From a virus (taxonomy: Duplodnaviria > Heunggongvirae > Uroviricota > Caudoviricetes): a stretch of 64,000 nt of DNA. Within the stretch, counting starts at the first letter, position 1. The number at the start of each line of letters is the position of its first letter. Positions 49,137 through 59,252 of this stretch are shown here, one piece after another. A model generated the notes under the pieces. It worked only from the letters and a program-made list of their open reading frames with translations. It did no database searches and was not told the DNA's origin. The DNA is taken from IMG/VR virus record IMGVR_UViG_3300035210_000151; one strand, written 5' to 3'. Both the position numbers and the translations under genes were made by a program.

Positions 49137-50963
49137 ATGGATATATTATTAGCCGATAGATTGAGATCTTATTCTCTAGGTCACAGTATTTATAGTTTAG
49201 AAGCCTTTCATTCAGAAATCTTTGCGTTAGGTGGTTTTGAAGAATTCTTTGAAAAAAATTATGGTAATCAAAATGGTTATCTTGATGATTTAAGTCATGG
49301 TATTGTCAGTCATCGCATCAAAAAAATGAAGATATTTCACGATTTTGTTGATGACCCAGACCGATTCAATAAAAATGATATCACTCACGATCTAAAAAAA
49401 TTAAACTTGTTGCAGGTTTTCAATCCCTTTGATAAGAATAAGTTTAAAACAGGTACAGATATTATTTTTCACCAATGGCTAATGGAAGCTAAAAAACATG
49501 GTGTTGACATTACAGAAGAACAAAATCGTTTTATAGCCCTACAGAAGAAAGCATTTGAATCCATTAAAAAAGTGGAACAACATAAACGAGTGATCGATAC
49601 GGCCATTTTTAAAACGTTTGATCTTCATCAAACTTTTGATTCAAGATCTAATGACAATGTTAAAATTATTAATATTCTAAAACATTATTCTGACAACATG
49701 GATTATTTGACAGTTGATTCTCTTTGTAAATTAGCTAGCACAGGTGGTTATGGATTACTTGACCTTAAAAATGACTTCAATGACATCACCATGTCGATTG
49801 TCAAGAAAATTCGTCAAGAACAACCTTATGCCTATGGCTCACTTGCAGAAACCTATTCTCAGTTTCTTAAAAATGGCACAGGTCCATTGACCGCTTTCTT
49901 TACGACTAAACTTGATAGTGCTATGGAACATAATATTGAATTAAGCAAATCGCAATCTATTAAAAGAGCGTCATTGTTTGTGGATGGGAGTGTCTTATTC
50001 ATAGATAAAAATGATCAACATATTATTCCAGAAAACAGTCGAGAACTTAATCAATATATCACTAAATTCAATTTAGACTTAATTGATTTTAAATTTAGAA
50101 AACAACCTGTATTTGGTAAAATCTTCAAAAATAAGTTTCTTGAAGATCAAGACAATATTAACATTACTTTATCCACAGCTAATTCATTCTTGCTTAATTA
50201 TGATATTTTAAAACAAATTAAGTTTGATAAAAGCATTCTGGATAAAGGCTTTGAACAGATTAACGACTATATTGAAAACTCTGTTAAAACCTATAAAGTT
50301 TATAAATACGCTAACAGCATGTTAAGTTCTAAAAATAAACACTTGATGACGGAGAGTGCTTATCCTTTTTTTGAAAAATTTTATGATGAAAAACTTAAAG
50401 AAGATTTTTTACAAGATTACATTGGTAAAAAGTTGGCAATGCTTACAACCCCAGAAGAATTTACAGCTTTTGTTAAGAATGTTCATGACAAGTTTTTTGA
50501 TTTTGGCAAGTATTCTACTATTACTTTACTTGATTCTATTGATAAGAAAGCTCTCTCATTAAATGATAATGAATGTATTGTTCACATTGAATCTTTTGAA
50601 GAAAGTAAAAAGTTGGGTACCAATAACTGGTGTATTTCGCGTGACCGTAGCTATTTTGATGATTACGTCAAATTTGATAGAAGACAATACTTCTTTTTTG
50701 ATTACACTAAAGAATCGAGTGATACCATGTCTATGATTGGTATTACATTGAAAGACGATGGACATATTCGTGCCGCTCATAAAAAGAATGATGATTCCGT
50801 TGCAAATCATGCATCAATGCAAGATTTAAGATTAAAAATTATTTGTTTGGATTATGATTTCTATAAAGATAACTTAGACACTTACCTCAAAAAAGAAGTT
50901 GAAGCTGAGTTACAACAAATTGAACGTAAGAAAACAAAATCACTTAAAAATAATAGTATCTAA
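49137..50963 (+). CDS. large protein with C-terminal PcfJ-like domain and basic tail
   Basis: FEESKKLGTNNWCIS....FDDY.....QYFFFD......MIGIT; ends RKKTKSLKNNSI*. Confidence 0.65.
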   Translation: MDILLADRLRSYSLGHSIYSLEAFHSEIFALGGFEEFFEKNYGNQNGYLDDLSHGIVSHRIKKMKIFHDFVDDPDRFNKNDITHDLKKLNLLQVFNPFDKNKFKTGTDIIFHQWLMEAKKHGVDITEEQNRFIALQKKAFESIKKVEQHKRVIDTAIFKTFDLHQTFDSRSNDNVKIINILKHYSDNMDYLTVDSLCKLASTGGYGLLDLKNDFNDITMSIVKKIRQEQPYAYGSLAETYSQFLKNGTGPLTAFFTTKLDSAMEHNIELSKSQSIKRASLFVDGSVLFIDKNDQHIIPENSRELNQYITKFNLDLIDFKFRKQPVFGKIFKNKFLEDQDNINITLSTANSFLLNYDILKQIKFDKSILDKGFEQINDYIENSVKTYKVYKYANSMLSSKNKHLMTESAYPFFEKFYDEKLKEDFLQDYIGKKLAMLTTPEEFTAFVKNVHDKFFDFGKYSTITLLDSIDKKALSLNDNECIVHIESFEESKKLGTNNWCISRDRSYFDDYVKFDRRQYFFFDYTKESSDTMSMIGITLKDDGHIRAAHKKNDDSVANHASMQDLRLKIICLDYDFYKDNLDTYLKKEVEAELQQIERKKTKSLKNNSI

Positions 50964-50974
50964 TTGAGGAATAT

Positions 50975-52693
50975 ATGGAAATTAATGATTATTTAAAAAT
51001 AGCCAATGAATATGCAGTGAAACATAATAAAACTGATGACTTTATTGTAATGGGCCTTTATAAACTCATTCAAGAAACTGATTTAAAGCGTGTTTATGCT
51101 CATAGTTTGCTAAGTCAGTATGGTGATAATTCATTTGGTTTGACAACATCGCAAAGCAGTCCACTCACACATGGCGTTCAAACAGTAACACGTATTATCA
51201 CTGACCCATCTGGTAAAAATGGGACTACAAGTTATTCGATTGATAGAGATAAAAATAATAATATACGTGATGTTTTTTTTGGTCATGAACAGGATCATGA
51301 TTTGGTCAGACGATTTAATGATGACTTACAAAATGTAGAGAGCTTGTTTGATTTGAAAGATGTCTATACCTTTGATGAAATAACTCGTATTAAACATTTA
51401 ACCTTAGCATCTCTTTCAACAGGGCTTGCCTTAGAGTTAATCTCTCAAAATAATGAATCATTTGAAACAGGTAAATATAATGCTATTCAAAATTCATATC
51501 ACAATCAAATCTCTCTCGTTGAGGATGTTAATTATGGTAAAAGTCAAAAATTTGATTTTTTCTCAAAAGATCCACTTTATGAATTGCTTCATGCAAAAAA
51601 AGAATTCCCTTTCACCCCCGATGATTTTTTTAAAGAACTTAATCCTACAGCACAAGCAAAAATTATTGATATTTCTGGATTTGGGCACATTACTTTTATT
51701 GAAGAAGTTTTCCAAGATTTGATAGACAGTGACTCTCCTTTTATTACGGATTCTTTTGTTGGATCGTTATTTACAATGGATTCACTTCGTGATGTGATTA
51801 TTTCTTATTATGATTATAATGAATTAGATGATCTTAAATTTGAATTTAGTTTGATGGCTGACCGTTTTCTATCTAATCCCACTATTGAACAGCTTATAGA
51901 ACATGATGAAAAATTTTCTAATGTCGATGATATGTTGATGGAAGTTTATGCAAAACACCCAGAAATAAATTATTCTATTCAAGATATATCCATTATTAAA
52001 GATAAAGATATATTGAATCGTAATGAAGTGATAGAACATCAAGTGGATAAATTCCACATGTATGAATCAGCCAGAGAAATTAGCGATCTTGGTCCAAGTC
52101 ATAATGATAGACGTGACTTCTTATCAAAGTTTAAATTGTATGGTTCAGACATTTTAAAAGAAGGTGAATACAGAATGCGTTTTATTTCTAGTAATCAGTT
52201 TGCTGCAGATGCTGTATTGTCAGCTAGTTTTTATTTTGATGAAGGTATTCATAATGAAATATTGATTGATTCTGTTGCTATTAATCCTCAACTATCTGAT
52301 ACACATATTACTGAGCTTTTGGAATCAGTTGTAGATTATGCACAAAAGAATAAAAGCATTATTATGTTTACATATGATAAAGACTCACCTTGGGGTGGTA
52401 TCGACAAAACACGTTTAATAAACATTGTAAATGCTGTTGTTGAGCAGTCTATTGATAATGTTCCTTTCCTTTGTAACTTTGGTATAGAAAAAGATAGATA
52501 TCACTATGCTTGTAATTACCTAGTTAACATGGATGGTATGAAATATGAAGAGTTGCCAAAATTATTTGATAAATTGAAAACATTTATTGATAATAATTCT
52601 GACCTTGATGATCTACAGCTAGAATTAAAAATGGACGAACTCATTGCAAAAGAACGTAACAAATTAAAATCAGACAATAAAGCCTCCATTTAA
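50975..52693 (+). CDS. large acidic hypothetical protein with basic tail
   Basis: 572 aa; ends KERNKLKSDNKASI*. Confidence 0.8.
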   Translation: MEINDYLKIANEYAVKHNKTDDFIVMGLYKLIQETDLKRVYAHSLLSQYGDNSFGLTTSQSSPLTHGVQTVTRIITDPSGKNGTTSYSIDRDKNNNIRDVFFGHEQDHDLVRRFNDDLQNVESLFDLKDVYTFDEITRIKHLTLASLSTGLALELISQNNESFETGKYNAIQNSYHNQISLVEDVNYGKSQKFDFFSKDPLYELLHAKKEFPFTPDDFFKELNPTAQAKIIDISGFGHITFIEEVFQDLIDSDSPFITDSFVGSLFTMDSLRDVIISYYDYNELDDLKFEFSLMADRFLSNPTIEQLIEHDEKFSNVDDMLMEVYAKHPEINYSIQDISIIKDKDILNRNEVIEHQVDKFHMYESAREISDLGPSHNDRRDFLSKFKLYGSDILKEGEYRMRFISSNQFAADAVLSASFYFDEGIHNEILIDSVAINPQLSDTHITELLESVVDYAQKNKSIIMFTYDKDSPWGGIDKTRLINIVNAVVEQSIDNVPFLCNFGIEKDRYHYACNYLVNMDGMKYEELPKLFDKLKTFIDNNSDLDDLQLELKMDELIAKERNKLKSDNKASI

Positions 52694-52700
52694 TTGATAC

Positions 52701-52730
52701 AAAAAAAAGAGAACACTGAGTTCTCTTTTT
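52701..52730. terminator. bidirectional terminator
   Basis: AAAAAGAGAAC-ACTGA-GTTCTCTTTTT. Confidence 0.8.
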
Positions 52731-52746
52731 AGATCTCTATCTATAA

Positions 52747-53133
52747 TTACCCGATTTGAGAGACAATCGTCAGCGTTGGTTCTTTACTGACCACACCATA
52801 TTTTTCAAGTAATGGTATAGCAAACTCATTGTAGATTTCCAATGTTTCCATCAATGTCTCGGTGGTATCTGATGATTTGTTGAGATACTGTTTAATTTCG
52901 TTTCGATCTTCGGTAATCGCTACACCCAGAAAATGTGGAATTGATTTATCTTCATCGTAGACATAACCTACTTCTCGATACATGTTCTGACTGTCAGTAA
53001 ACATAAAGACCTCATTGTCTTCATTCTCTTCATCATAGTTGTCATTGCCATAAATGTCTTTATACAAAGCCGTCGCTTGGGCATGGGTGAGTGGAACACC
53101 TAGGATTAAAATATCGGTTTTGTTTACGCTCAT
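52747..53133 (-). CDS. acidic hypothetical protein, probable paralog of 21766..22116
   Basis: MSVNKTDILILGVPLT; AGGAG RBS. Confidence 0.75.
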   Translation of the reverse strand: MSVNKTDILILGVPLTHAQATALYKDIYGNDNYDEENEDNEVFMFTDSQNMYREVGYVYDEDKSIPHFLGVAITEDRNEIKQYLNKSSDTTETLMETLEIYNEFAIPLLEKYGVVSKEPTLTIVSQIG

Positions 53134-53312
53134 AAGGATTCTCCTGTTGAATAAAAATAATTAGCTCCTAATCATACTTAAAATAAGTATATAAGTCAAA
53201 GTATTTTTATAACAAAATCATGTCTTTTTTATCTATTTTTTATTGATTTTTTCTTTTACACTCAATATTTTTATGGTATAATGGATTTATCGAAAACAAC
53301 GAGGGTTTAACC

Positions 53313-53513
53313 ATGCCAAAGCAAACCATTGATGTGTCCAAAATCGCCTCCCAACTTGATGAAAAAACAATCGAGATCACCAAAATTGATGAGCTGATTG
53401 CTCGTGAAAAGAAAGAAAGCTGCATTGATACTTTTAAAGTCGCTCGTAAAATCGCTTTCAAAGAAATGAAAAAACTTCAAAAAATCCTTCAAAAAAAAGA
53501 GGCTACTGCTTAA
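53313..53513 (+). CDS. small helical protein
   Basis: extended -10 TGGTATAAT, GAGG RBS. Confidence 0.7.
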   Translation: MPKQTIDVSKIASQLDEKTIEITKIDELIAREKKESCIDTFKVARKIAFKEMKKLQKILQKKEATA

Positions 53514-53516
53514 CTT

Positions 53517-54293
53517 ATGTCACTGTTTGAAACCTATGAAAAAAGCAAAAGCATGGTTTCGCTGAGTGCGGAGCAATGCTTGTACTTTAAAAATGTGCTT
53601 GTACAAAAATTATCACTTATCAACAATAATTCCTTGCTTAGATTTGAACATCTTTATAATCGTCTTCATTTTTTTGAGAATAAAACCACTGTCTACGATT
53701 TTACAGAAAAACAAAAATTAGGTATTTCATTATCTTATCGTCTTGATAACATTAATGTTTCAATGTACGTTTATGTTAATTTTGATGATAATGGTGTTTT
53801 TAGTTGTCTTTCTTATCCAACAATGCGAATAGTTGATAAAAATATTATCACACTTTTACATTTATTTAAGTCAAGCCACAATGGAATAGCTTTGACTTTT
53901 AATCCATCCGAATTAAATTCAAATTATATTATTGATATTTCAGGTGTTTTTTTGTTTGATCATAAGTTTGATTTTAAATTAGATTTATTTTATTATTTTT
54001 CGGAACATTTAATCACTGATCAACATTATGTTAGATATTGTAATAGAGGGGCAATTAAATTAACAGTAGATACCTTTAATGACATTGAATCCGAATATTT
54101 GTATATTGATTTTGTTAATTTGTTATATTCAGGTAATTCCTATTTTTTAAATTCTTTTGTCAAGACACCCATCAATTTTTCATCACTTAAATTATTTAAA
54201 AAAAGCAGACACTTATTTGATATGATTTTGAACAGTCCACACAAAGAAATTTTGTTAGATGAATTGAAAGTCTATGATATGGAAACTTATTAA
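53517..54293 (+). CDS. family C protein, MxxY tail
   Basis: SL...Q...F...L...L..+NNNS; I.F.N..Y.....F+NSFV...+NF; ends DELKVYDMETY*. Confidence 0.8.
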   Translation: MSLFETYEKSKSMVSLSAEQCLYFKNVLVQKLSLINNNSLLRFEHLYNRLHFFENKTTVYDFTEKQKLGISLSYRLDNINVSMYVYVNFDDNGVFSCLSYPTMRIVDKNIITLLHLFKSSHNGIALTFNPSELNSNYIIDISGVFLFDHKFDFKLDLFYYFSEHLITDQHYVRYCNRGAIKLTVDTFNDIESEYLYIDFVNLLYSGNSYFLNSFVKTPINFSSLKLFKKSRHLFDMILNSPHKEILLDELKVYDMETY

Positions 54294-54356
54294 TTATTGA
54301 AATGAGTCCTTTTTTATGCTATAATTAACGATAAATTTTAATGAAGGTTTTTTAAT

Positions 54357-55562
54357 ATGTCACATTCACGCATTGATACGTTGGCTAATGTTATCCATTT
54401 GGCTCCCTATATTGATTCATTTAACTTCAACCGAATGGAACCAGTGCGTGATGTTGGTGATATGAGTTTTTCAACTCAATATTTTGCTAGCTCACGTTAT
54501 GACACCTTATCTATTATTTTTCCCAGCTTTCAAGAAAGCTTGCGGTTTATGTTTTCTGACTTTAAGGATTCAGAAATTAAAATGATTGATTCGGCTCTTC
54601 AATTTTATCTTCGACTATTCCCTTATGACCCTTTATTGGACGCTATGAAAGATCCTGTTACAACAGTCTATATGCATAAACGAGATGATTCATTTCTGAT
54701 GAAGTTTAAATGCTTTTCTATTGCGTATCGCTATAATGAATGGATCTTCCAGATTAATGACAAGTTTAATAAAGATAGATGTATGTTAGCAATGACTTAC
54801 GATGAGCTTCATATGGCTATACTGAGTGCGTTTGAGGCAATGTTTAAGGATATCTTCATGAACCATTCATTGATTGTTGATAATAATATTGTTAATGCAG
54901 TGGCTTCCAATCAAACCAACTTTGCTTTCTCAACAATGCGTTATAGTCATACCTTTACGCATGAAAGTGATATGGATTTTGCCATGCACATTAAAAAATA
55001 TAATAAATTTAGGGTATTTGAAGATCGCATAAGTAACGAACATGTCTTTAATAAAGATGAAATGTGTGTGATTGGTAATTTTACTGTTGAAAAGAATATT
55101 ATGAGTGTTGCAAAACTATCTGAAACTCAGATTACCATTCACAATGAATCGGTTCATTTGTTAGACCATTTATTTAAAGTTGCTCTAAGACCATCAGAAC
55201 TTGATTATTTGAAAAAAACACTAGAATTGATGCGTCTGTCTGATAGTTGCTATCCTAATCAAAAGGATACAAAAATTAAGATTGTTCGTTCAAACAACAG
55301 TAAGAAAACTATTTTTAATTTGATTACAGAGCGATGCCCTTTCACTTTCAGAACTGGCCGACACTGTATTACGATTGGGGCTTATATTTCTGTAGGGATT
55401 TATATTGAAGATGAATACACTTCATTGAACCTACCTTCTTTTGAAGCGGCTTATGAAGTTTGTTATGATAAGTTTATTACTCATGTGAGTAAGACATTAG
55501 ACATCAAACCAGAAGATGTGACTGACCTTCATTTTAAAACACTTGAAATGTCTAATTATTAG
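54357..55562 (+). CDS. hypothetical protein, MxxY tail
   Basis: ends DVTDLHFKTLEMSNY*. Confidence 0.8.
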   Translation: MSHSRIDTLANVIHLAPYIDSFNFNRMEPVRDVGDMSFSTQYFASSRYDTLSIIFPSFQESLRFMFSDFKDSEIKMIDSALQFYLRLFPYDPLLDAMKDPVTTVYMHKRDDSFLMKFKCFSIAYRYNEWIFQINDKFNKDRCMLAMTYDELHMAILSAFEAMFKDIFMNHSLIVDNNIVNAVASNQTNFAFSTMRYSHTFTHESDMDFAMHIKKYNKFRVFEDRISNEHVFNKDEMCVIGNFTVEKNIMSVAKLSETQITIHNESVHLLDHLFKVALRPSELDYLKKTLELMRLSDSCYPNQKDTKIKIVRSNNSKKTIFNLITERCPFTFRTGRHCITIGAYISVGIYIEDEYTSLNLPSFEAAYEVCYDKFITHVSKTLDIKPEDVTDLHFKTLEMSNY

Positions 55563-55571
55563 GAGAGTATT

Positions 55572-56390
55572 ATGATTAGCGAGATGTTTCTTTTTGAAAA
55601 ATTTAATATTAGTTCTTTAAAAACTTCATTAACTGACAAACAGGTGGCCTCTTTCACTAAAAAATTGATTGTGATGCTACTTAAACTTAATAACAATAGT
55701 GAAATTACGATGGACTATTTGGTTAACAATTTAAAAATCGTAGAAACAGAAAATAAATTTAGTAAGAATGATAATCCTTCACGTCCTTTTATTTTTATTG
55801 ATACGGCGTTTATGTTGGGTGATACATTGATTCCAGTTAGAATTTCTGCTGAATTTTGTAGTGAATATTCTAGGTGGCCTTTATCTTATAACAAATACGA
55901 AATAACATTTCAAAAAACGGATAATTCTAGTTTGTTTTCTTTGTTTAATATGTATAAACCTAGCATTGGTACGAGTTCTTTTTATTTGGGTTCATTTAGA
56001 GATGATGCTGTTTACACAGTGTTCACAAAAAATGTTTTTAAATTTCAGCATTATTTTGTTAAAACAACTCGTAACAGGTTTCACATCGAATACACAATAA
56101 AGAAAAACAAAGTTGAATCCAGTCAAATTATTGATGATGAGAACGATGAGTACTTGAAGTTTGATAATAAAATACTTTCAGCCAATGATGAAACATTGTT
56201 TATCCATTTTGCGAATGCGGCCTACACCAAAGAATCTGACTTTGTAAACTCTTTTGTTAGAGACAGTGTTAATTTTAAAGACATGAAATGCTTTGCTCAG
56301 CTTAAAAAAATGTTTTTAGATATTTATACAGGTGAACAACGTCAACGTCTTATTGATGAATTGCTAATCTTTCAGATGGTTGATATTTAA
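55572..56390 (+). CDS. family C protein, MxxI tail
   Basis: paralog of 53517; ends DELLIFQMVDI*. Confidence 0.8.
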   Translation: MISEMFLFEKFNISSLKTSLTDKQVASFTKKLIVMLLKLNNNSEITMDYLVNNLKIVETENKFSKNDNPSRPFIFIDTAFMLGDTLIPVRISAEFCSEYSRWPLSYNKYEITFQKTDNSSLFSLFNMYKPSIGTSSFYLGSFRDDAVYTVFTKNVFKFQHYFVKTTRNRFHIEYTIKKNKVESSQIIDDENDEYLKFDNKILSANDETLFIHFANAAYTKESDFVNSFVRDSVNFKDMKCFAQLKKMFLDIYTGEQRQRLIDELLIFQMVDI

Positions 56391-56520
56391 ATTATTCTGA
56401 ATGGTTGTGTGTAGTATAATGGTTAAGTTCAAAAAAAGAATACACAAAAAAAGCTTTACCTGCTTTCTAAAATTTGCTATAATTCAATCTCAAATCAAAC
56501 AACACTTGGAGTTTTAAACA

Positions 56521-56709
56521 ATGACAACTACCCCTAATGCTCGTAAATTTGGCCCGAAAGAACTTGTAAAAACTCGTGATGGTTGGACTGGTCGTGTTTC
56601 GGCTTCTTACAAAGAAGATGGTGTGGTTCAGTATATGCTCAGCGAGATTAATACAGGTGAATCGAAAACTGTTGCAGAGAAAGATCTGCAGCGTGTTGCT
56701 CTCGGTTAA
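56521..56709 (+). CDS. small SH3/KOW-like protein
   Basis: KFGPKELVKTRDGWTGRV...QY.......VAEKDL; own promoter, RBS, terminator. Confidence 0.7.
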   Translation: MTTTPNARKFGPKELVKTRDGWTGRVSASYKEDGVVQYMLSEINTGESKTVAEKDLQRVALG

Positions 56710-56721
56710 TCCAGCTATCAC

Positions 56722-56752
56722 AAAAAAGATCCTCTTCGGGGGATTTTTTTTT
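56722..56752 (+). terminator. Rho-independent terminator
   Basis: ATCCTC-TTCG-GGGGAT plus T tract. Confidence 0.8.
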
Positions 56753-56972
56753 ATTTTAAAATTTGATAGGCATGTGTTTTTTTTGTGTGATTTATTCGTT
56801 TATAGATTAAAGAACTTTTTAAATAATTTGATCGAAGTGTTTTATACATCTTTGACTATAAACACTCAAAAAACATTACAAAATATAATTTTTTTCTTGT
56901 TGTATTGTTTGACAATATATAATTGGAGGCATAAAATGTAATTAAGGATAACTACTCCTATGGAGGCACAAT

Positions 56973-57431
56973 ATGTCTAAGACTTTTAATCAATTGCTTA
57001 TTGAGGATGTTCTAGAAAGTGACAACAAAGAGTTTTTTAAACTGGTGGCTTGTCACAACAAGACAAGATTCAGATGGCAAACAGGTATCTTCTTCTTCAT
57101 TCTTTTTGGATACCTTATTCAACGCTCTGTCTTCGGAAACCCATTTCCATATCTCTGGATAGCACTGGGACTTCTCGCTCTCTTCATTCTTTTTAACTTC
57201 GCTAAACAACACTTAACATTCATTAAGTTCTTTAACTTGGATTATCGAGTTAATCATCTCAATCATGTGTGTGACTGTGTTATTTCTGGTGATGATGAAG
57301 CTATTAAGGCTGACGCACGTTGTATTAAATCAGATATTGAGAAAGGTCTTGTTGATAGTAAATATTTGGAAAAACTATCACTGGATCGTAAACACCTAGA
57401 AGAATACATTGATAAAAAATATGGTGACTAA
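56973..57431 (+). CDS. 2-TM hypothetical protein
   Basis: GGAGG RBS; two hydrophobic helices. Confidence 0.78.
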   Translation: MSKTFNQLLIEDVLESDNKEFFKLVACHNKTRFRWQTGIFFFILFGYLIQRSVFGNPFPYLWIALGLLALFILFNFAKQHLTFIKFFNLDYRVNHLNHVCDCVISGDDEAIKADARCIKSDIEKGLVDSKYLEKLSLDRKHLEEYIDKKYGD

Positions 57432-57478
57432 CCATTATTCAGCCACTAACCTAGCCAGACCTTGAAAGTTTGGCTTTT

Positions 57479-58369
57479 CTATTTAAACATTGCCATGTCT
57501 AAGAAATCAATATCCCTTTGATCAAAATAACTAACTTCGTTAAAGGCTTCATTCAGCAAATTAGGCTTTATTTGATCGATTAAAGCCGCAGGTACATACT
57601 TATTTTTGTAAAAATAATGAATTTCTGTTGGCTGATTATTTTCATCCGTTATTACAATGGCAGGTGTTATCTTGTCTTGATTAAAATTAACATGTATGTA
57701 GACAATGATGTTTAAATTAAAATAATGATAGCATTTTAAATGCTGTTCTTTATTTTTATTGTCGCTGAGTTCATTATGAAATGTCCTCATAAAAAAATTG
57801 TTATTTATCGGTATGAACGTTGCATTTTTGTATTGAATAACGCTAGGCTTTGTTTGATCATAATAATAAGAAACCTTACCATTCTCTAATTTTGTAAATA
57901 CTTTTTCGGATATCAAAACAGCATTCTTATTGCCAATAAGAACGTCATCAAACCTTAATCTCACTCTCATTTTTTCGTCATCTAACTCGTCCAGATATTG
58001 CTCAACTTTTTCATAGTCTTCAAAATGGAACGCTGTTAGATTATCATTAAACAAGATATCTTTAAATTCAGTGGCATCAATATTTTTTTTATATTTAATT
58101 TTTCTTTGTGTTCCGACATAGTTGTTATATCGTGGAATTTCGTTATGTAATTCATCTTCAACATTAATAGGTTCATTAATCATTACAGGTAATTGGATGA
58201 CCGTTTCTAAATTGAACTCTTCTTCGTATTTGTTTTCTGGTGAGACATATATATCTCTCTTTTCTGGTTGGCTTTTAATTATTGTGACGGTTCCATCATC
58301 CCCGATAAATTCAATGGGTGATTCGTAAGTTACCAAAGAAATGTTTTTGATAATGGTGTGTTTTGACAT
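57479..58369 (-). CDS. family D protein, tail with one extra residue
   Basis: MSKHTII; PAIVITDE; ends RDIDFLDMAMFK*. Confidence 0.8.
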   Translation of the reverse strand: MSKHTIIKNISLVTYESPIEFIGDDGTVTIIKSQPEKRDIYVSPENKYEEEFNLETVIQLPVMINEPINVEDELHNEIPRYNNYVGTQRKIKYKKNIDATEFKDILFNDNLTAFHFEDYEKVEQYLDELDDEKMRVRLRFDDVLIGNKNAVLISEKVFTKLENGKVSYYYDQTKPSVIQYKNATFIPINNNFFMRTFHNELSDNKNKEQHLKCYHYFNLNIIVYIHVNFNQDKITPAIVITDENNQPTEIHYFYKNKYVPAALIDQIKPNLLNEAFNEVSYFDQRDIDFLDMAMFK

Positions 58370-58445
58370 GAAAGTCTCCAAAAATATTTTAAATAATAGC
58401 ATAATAAAACCATAAAGTCTATTATTATCATTCGCTCACTCAATC

Positions 58446-58474
58446 TTGACGTAAATTAATAAAAATGCTATAAT
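58446..58474 (+). promoter_or_regulatory. near-consensus sigma70 promoter
   Basis: TTGACG-17-TATAAT with TGn. Confidence 0.8.
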
Positions 58475-58505
58475 TAGGCAATTATCTAATATAGGAGCAT
58501 TCAAT

Positions 58506-58691
58506 ATGTCTTCAAGAGCTGAAAGATTCGCCAACTGCAAACATGAGAAAGTTCAAGACTTTACTGATATCTGTCTGAAATGTGGTGAAAGCATTTATGC
58601 CACTGTGGGCGAAATTAACTTGGAAGAACATCGAAAAGAGCGTTCCAAAAGAGAAACCACAAAATTCGACCCAGAAGACACAGGTTGGTAA
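58506..58691 (+). CDS. small zinc-finger-like protein
   Basis: CKH......ICLKCG; AGGAG RBS. Confidence 0.7.
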   Translation: MSSRAERFANCKHEKVQDFTDICLKCGESIYATVGEINLEEHRKERSKRETTKFDPEDTGW

Positions 58692-58715
58692 CTTTAATAA
58701 TGAGGTTTATGAATC

Positions 58716-59165
58716 ATGCGTTTAGCTTGTAAAAAATGTAATACCACCCTTACCAACGATCTCTATCAGGTTAAAAACTTTGTGAGAGATACCGTTGTCG
58801 TTGATGATATTCCAAGCGATAGTTCGGAAGAATACATTAACTTTCCAGCCTATAATGGTAATAATGAACCCAGTCCAAGGTATTCAATCAAAAAAGGCTC
58901 CTTTGCTTTGTTGAAACACGCAAATCCTCGTATGCTGCAGTTCAATCAATATCGAAATTCCCAAAATAACATTTTTGTATCGCCAGAAGACATCCTTAAT
59001 CAAACTCAATTAGCCTTTGTTTCTGGCTGGGGTTGTTGTGGCAATAGCTATATGGACTTTAACTGCCCATCTTGCCATGCTTTCTTAGGTTATCAACACC
59101 TTGATTGCTATGAAGACAAACACGTCCGCTTTTATGATAAAAAGGTAATACGTCAATACAAATAA
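58716..59165 (+). CDS. Cys-rich putative zinc-binding protein
   Basis: CKKC ... GCCG.....CPSC...LG....DC. Confidence 0.75.
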   Translation: MRLACKKCNTTLTNDLYQVKNFVRDTVVVDDIPSDSSEEYINFPAYNGNNEPSPRYSIKKGSFALLKHANPRMLQFNQYRNSQNNIFVSPEDILNQTQLAFVSGWGCCGNSYMDFNCPSCHAFLGYQHLDCYEDKHVRFYDKKVIRQYK

Positions 59166-59252
59166 TATAATCCTTTATTAATCTTAAACAGGTCTTCTGT
59201 TTTTAGTGTTTTTGTGGTATAATACCATTATTAAAAACAGGAGATTTCCTTC

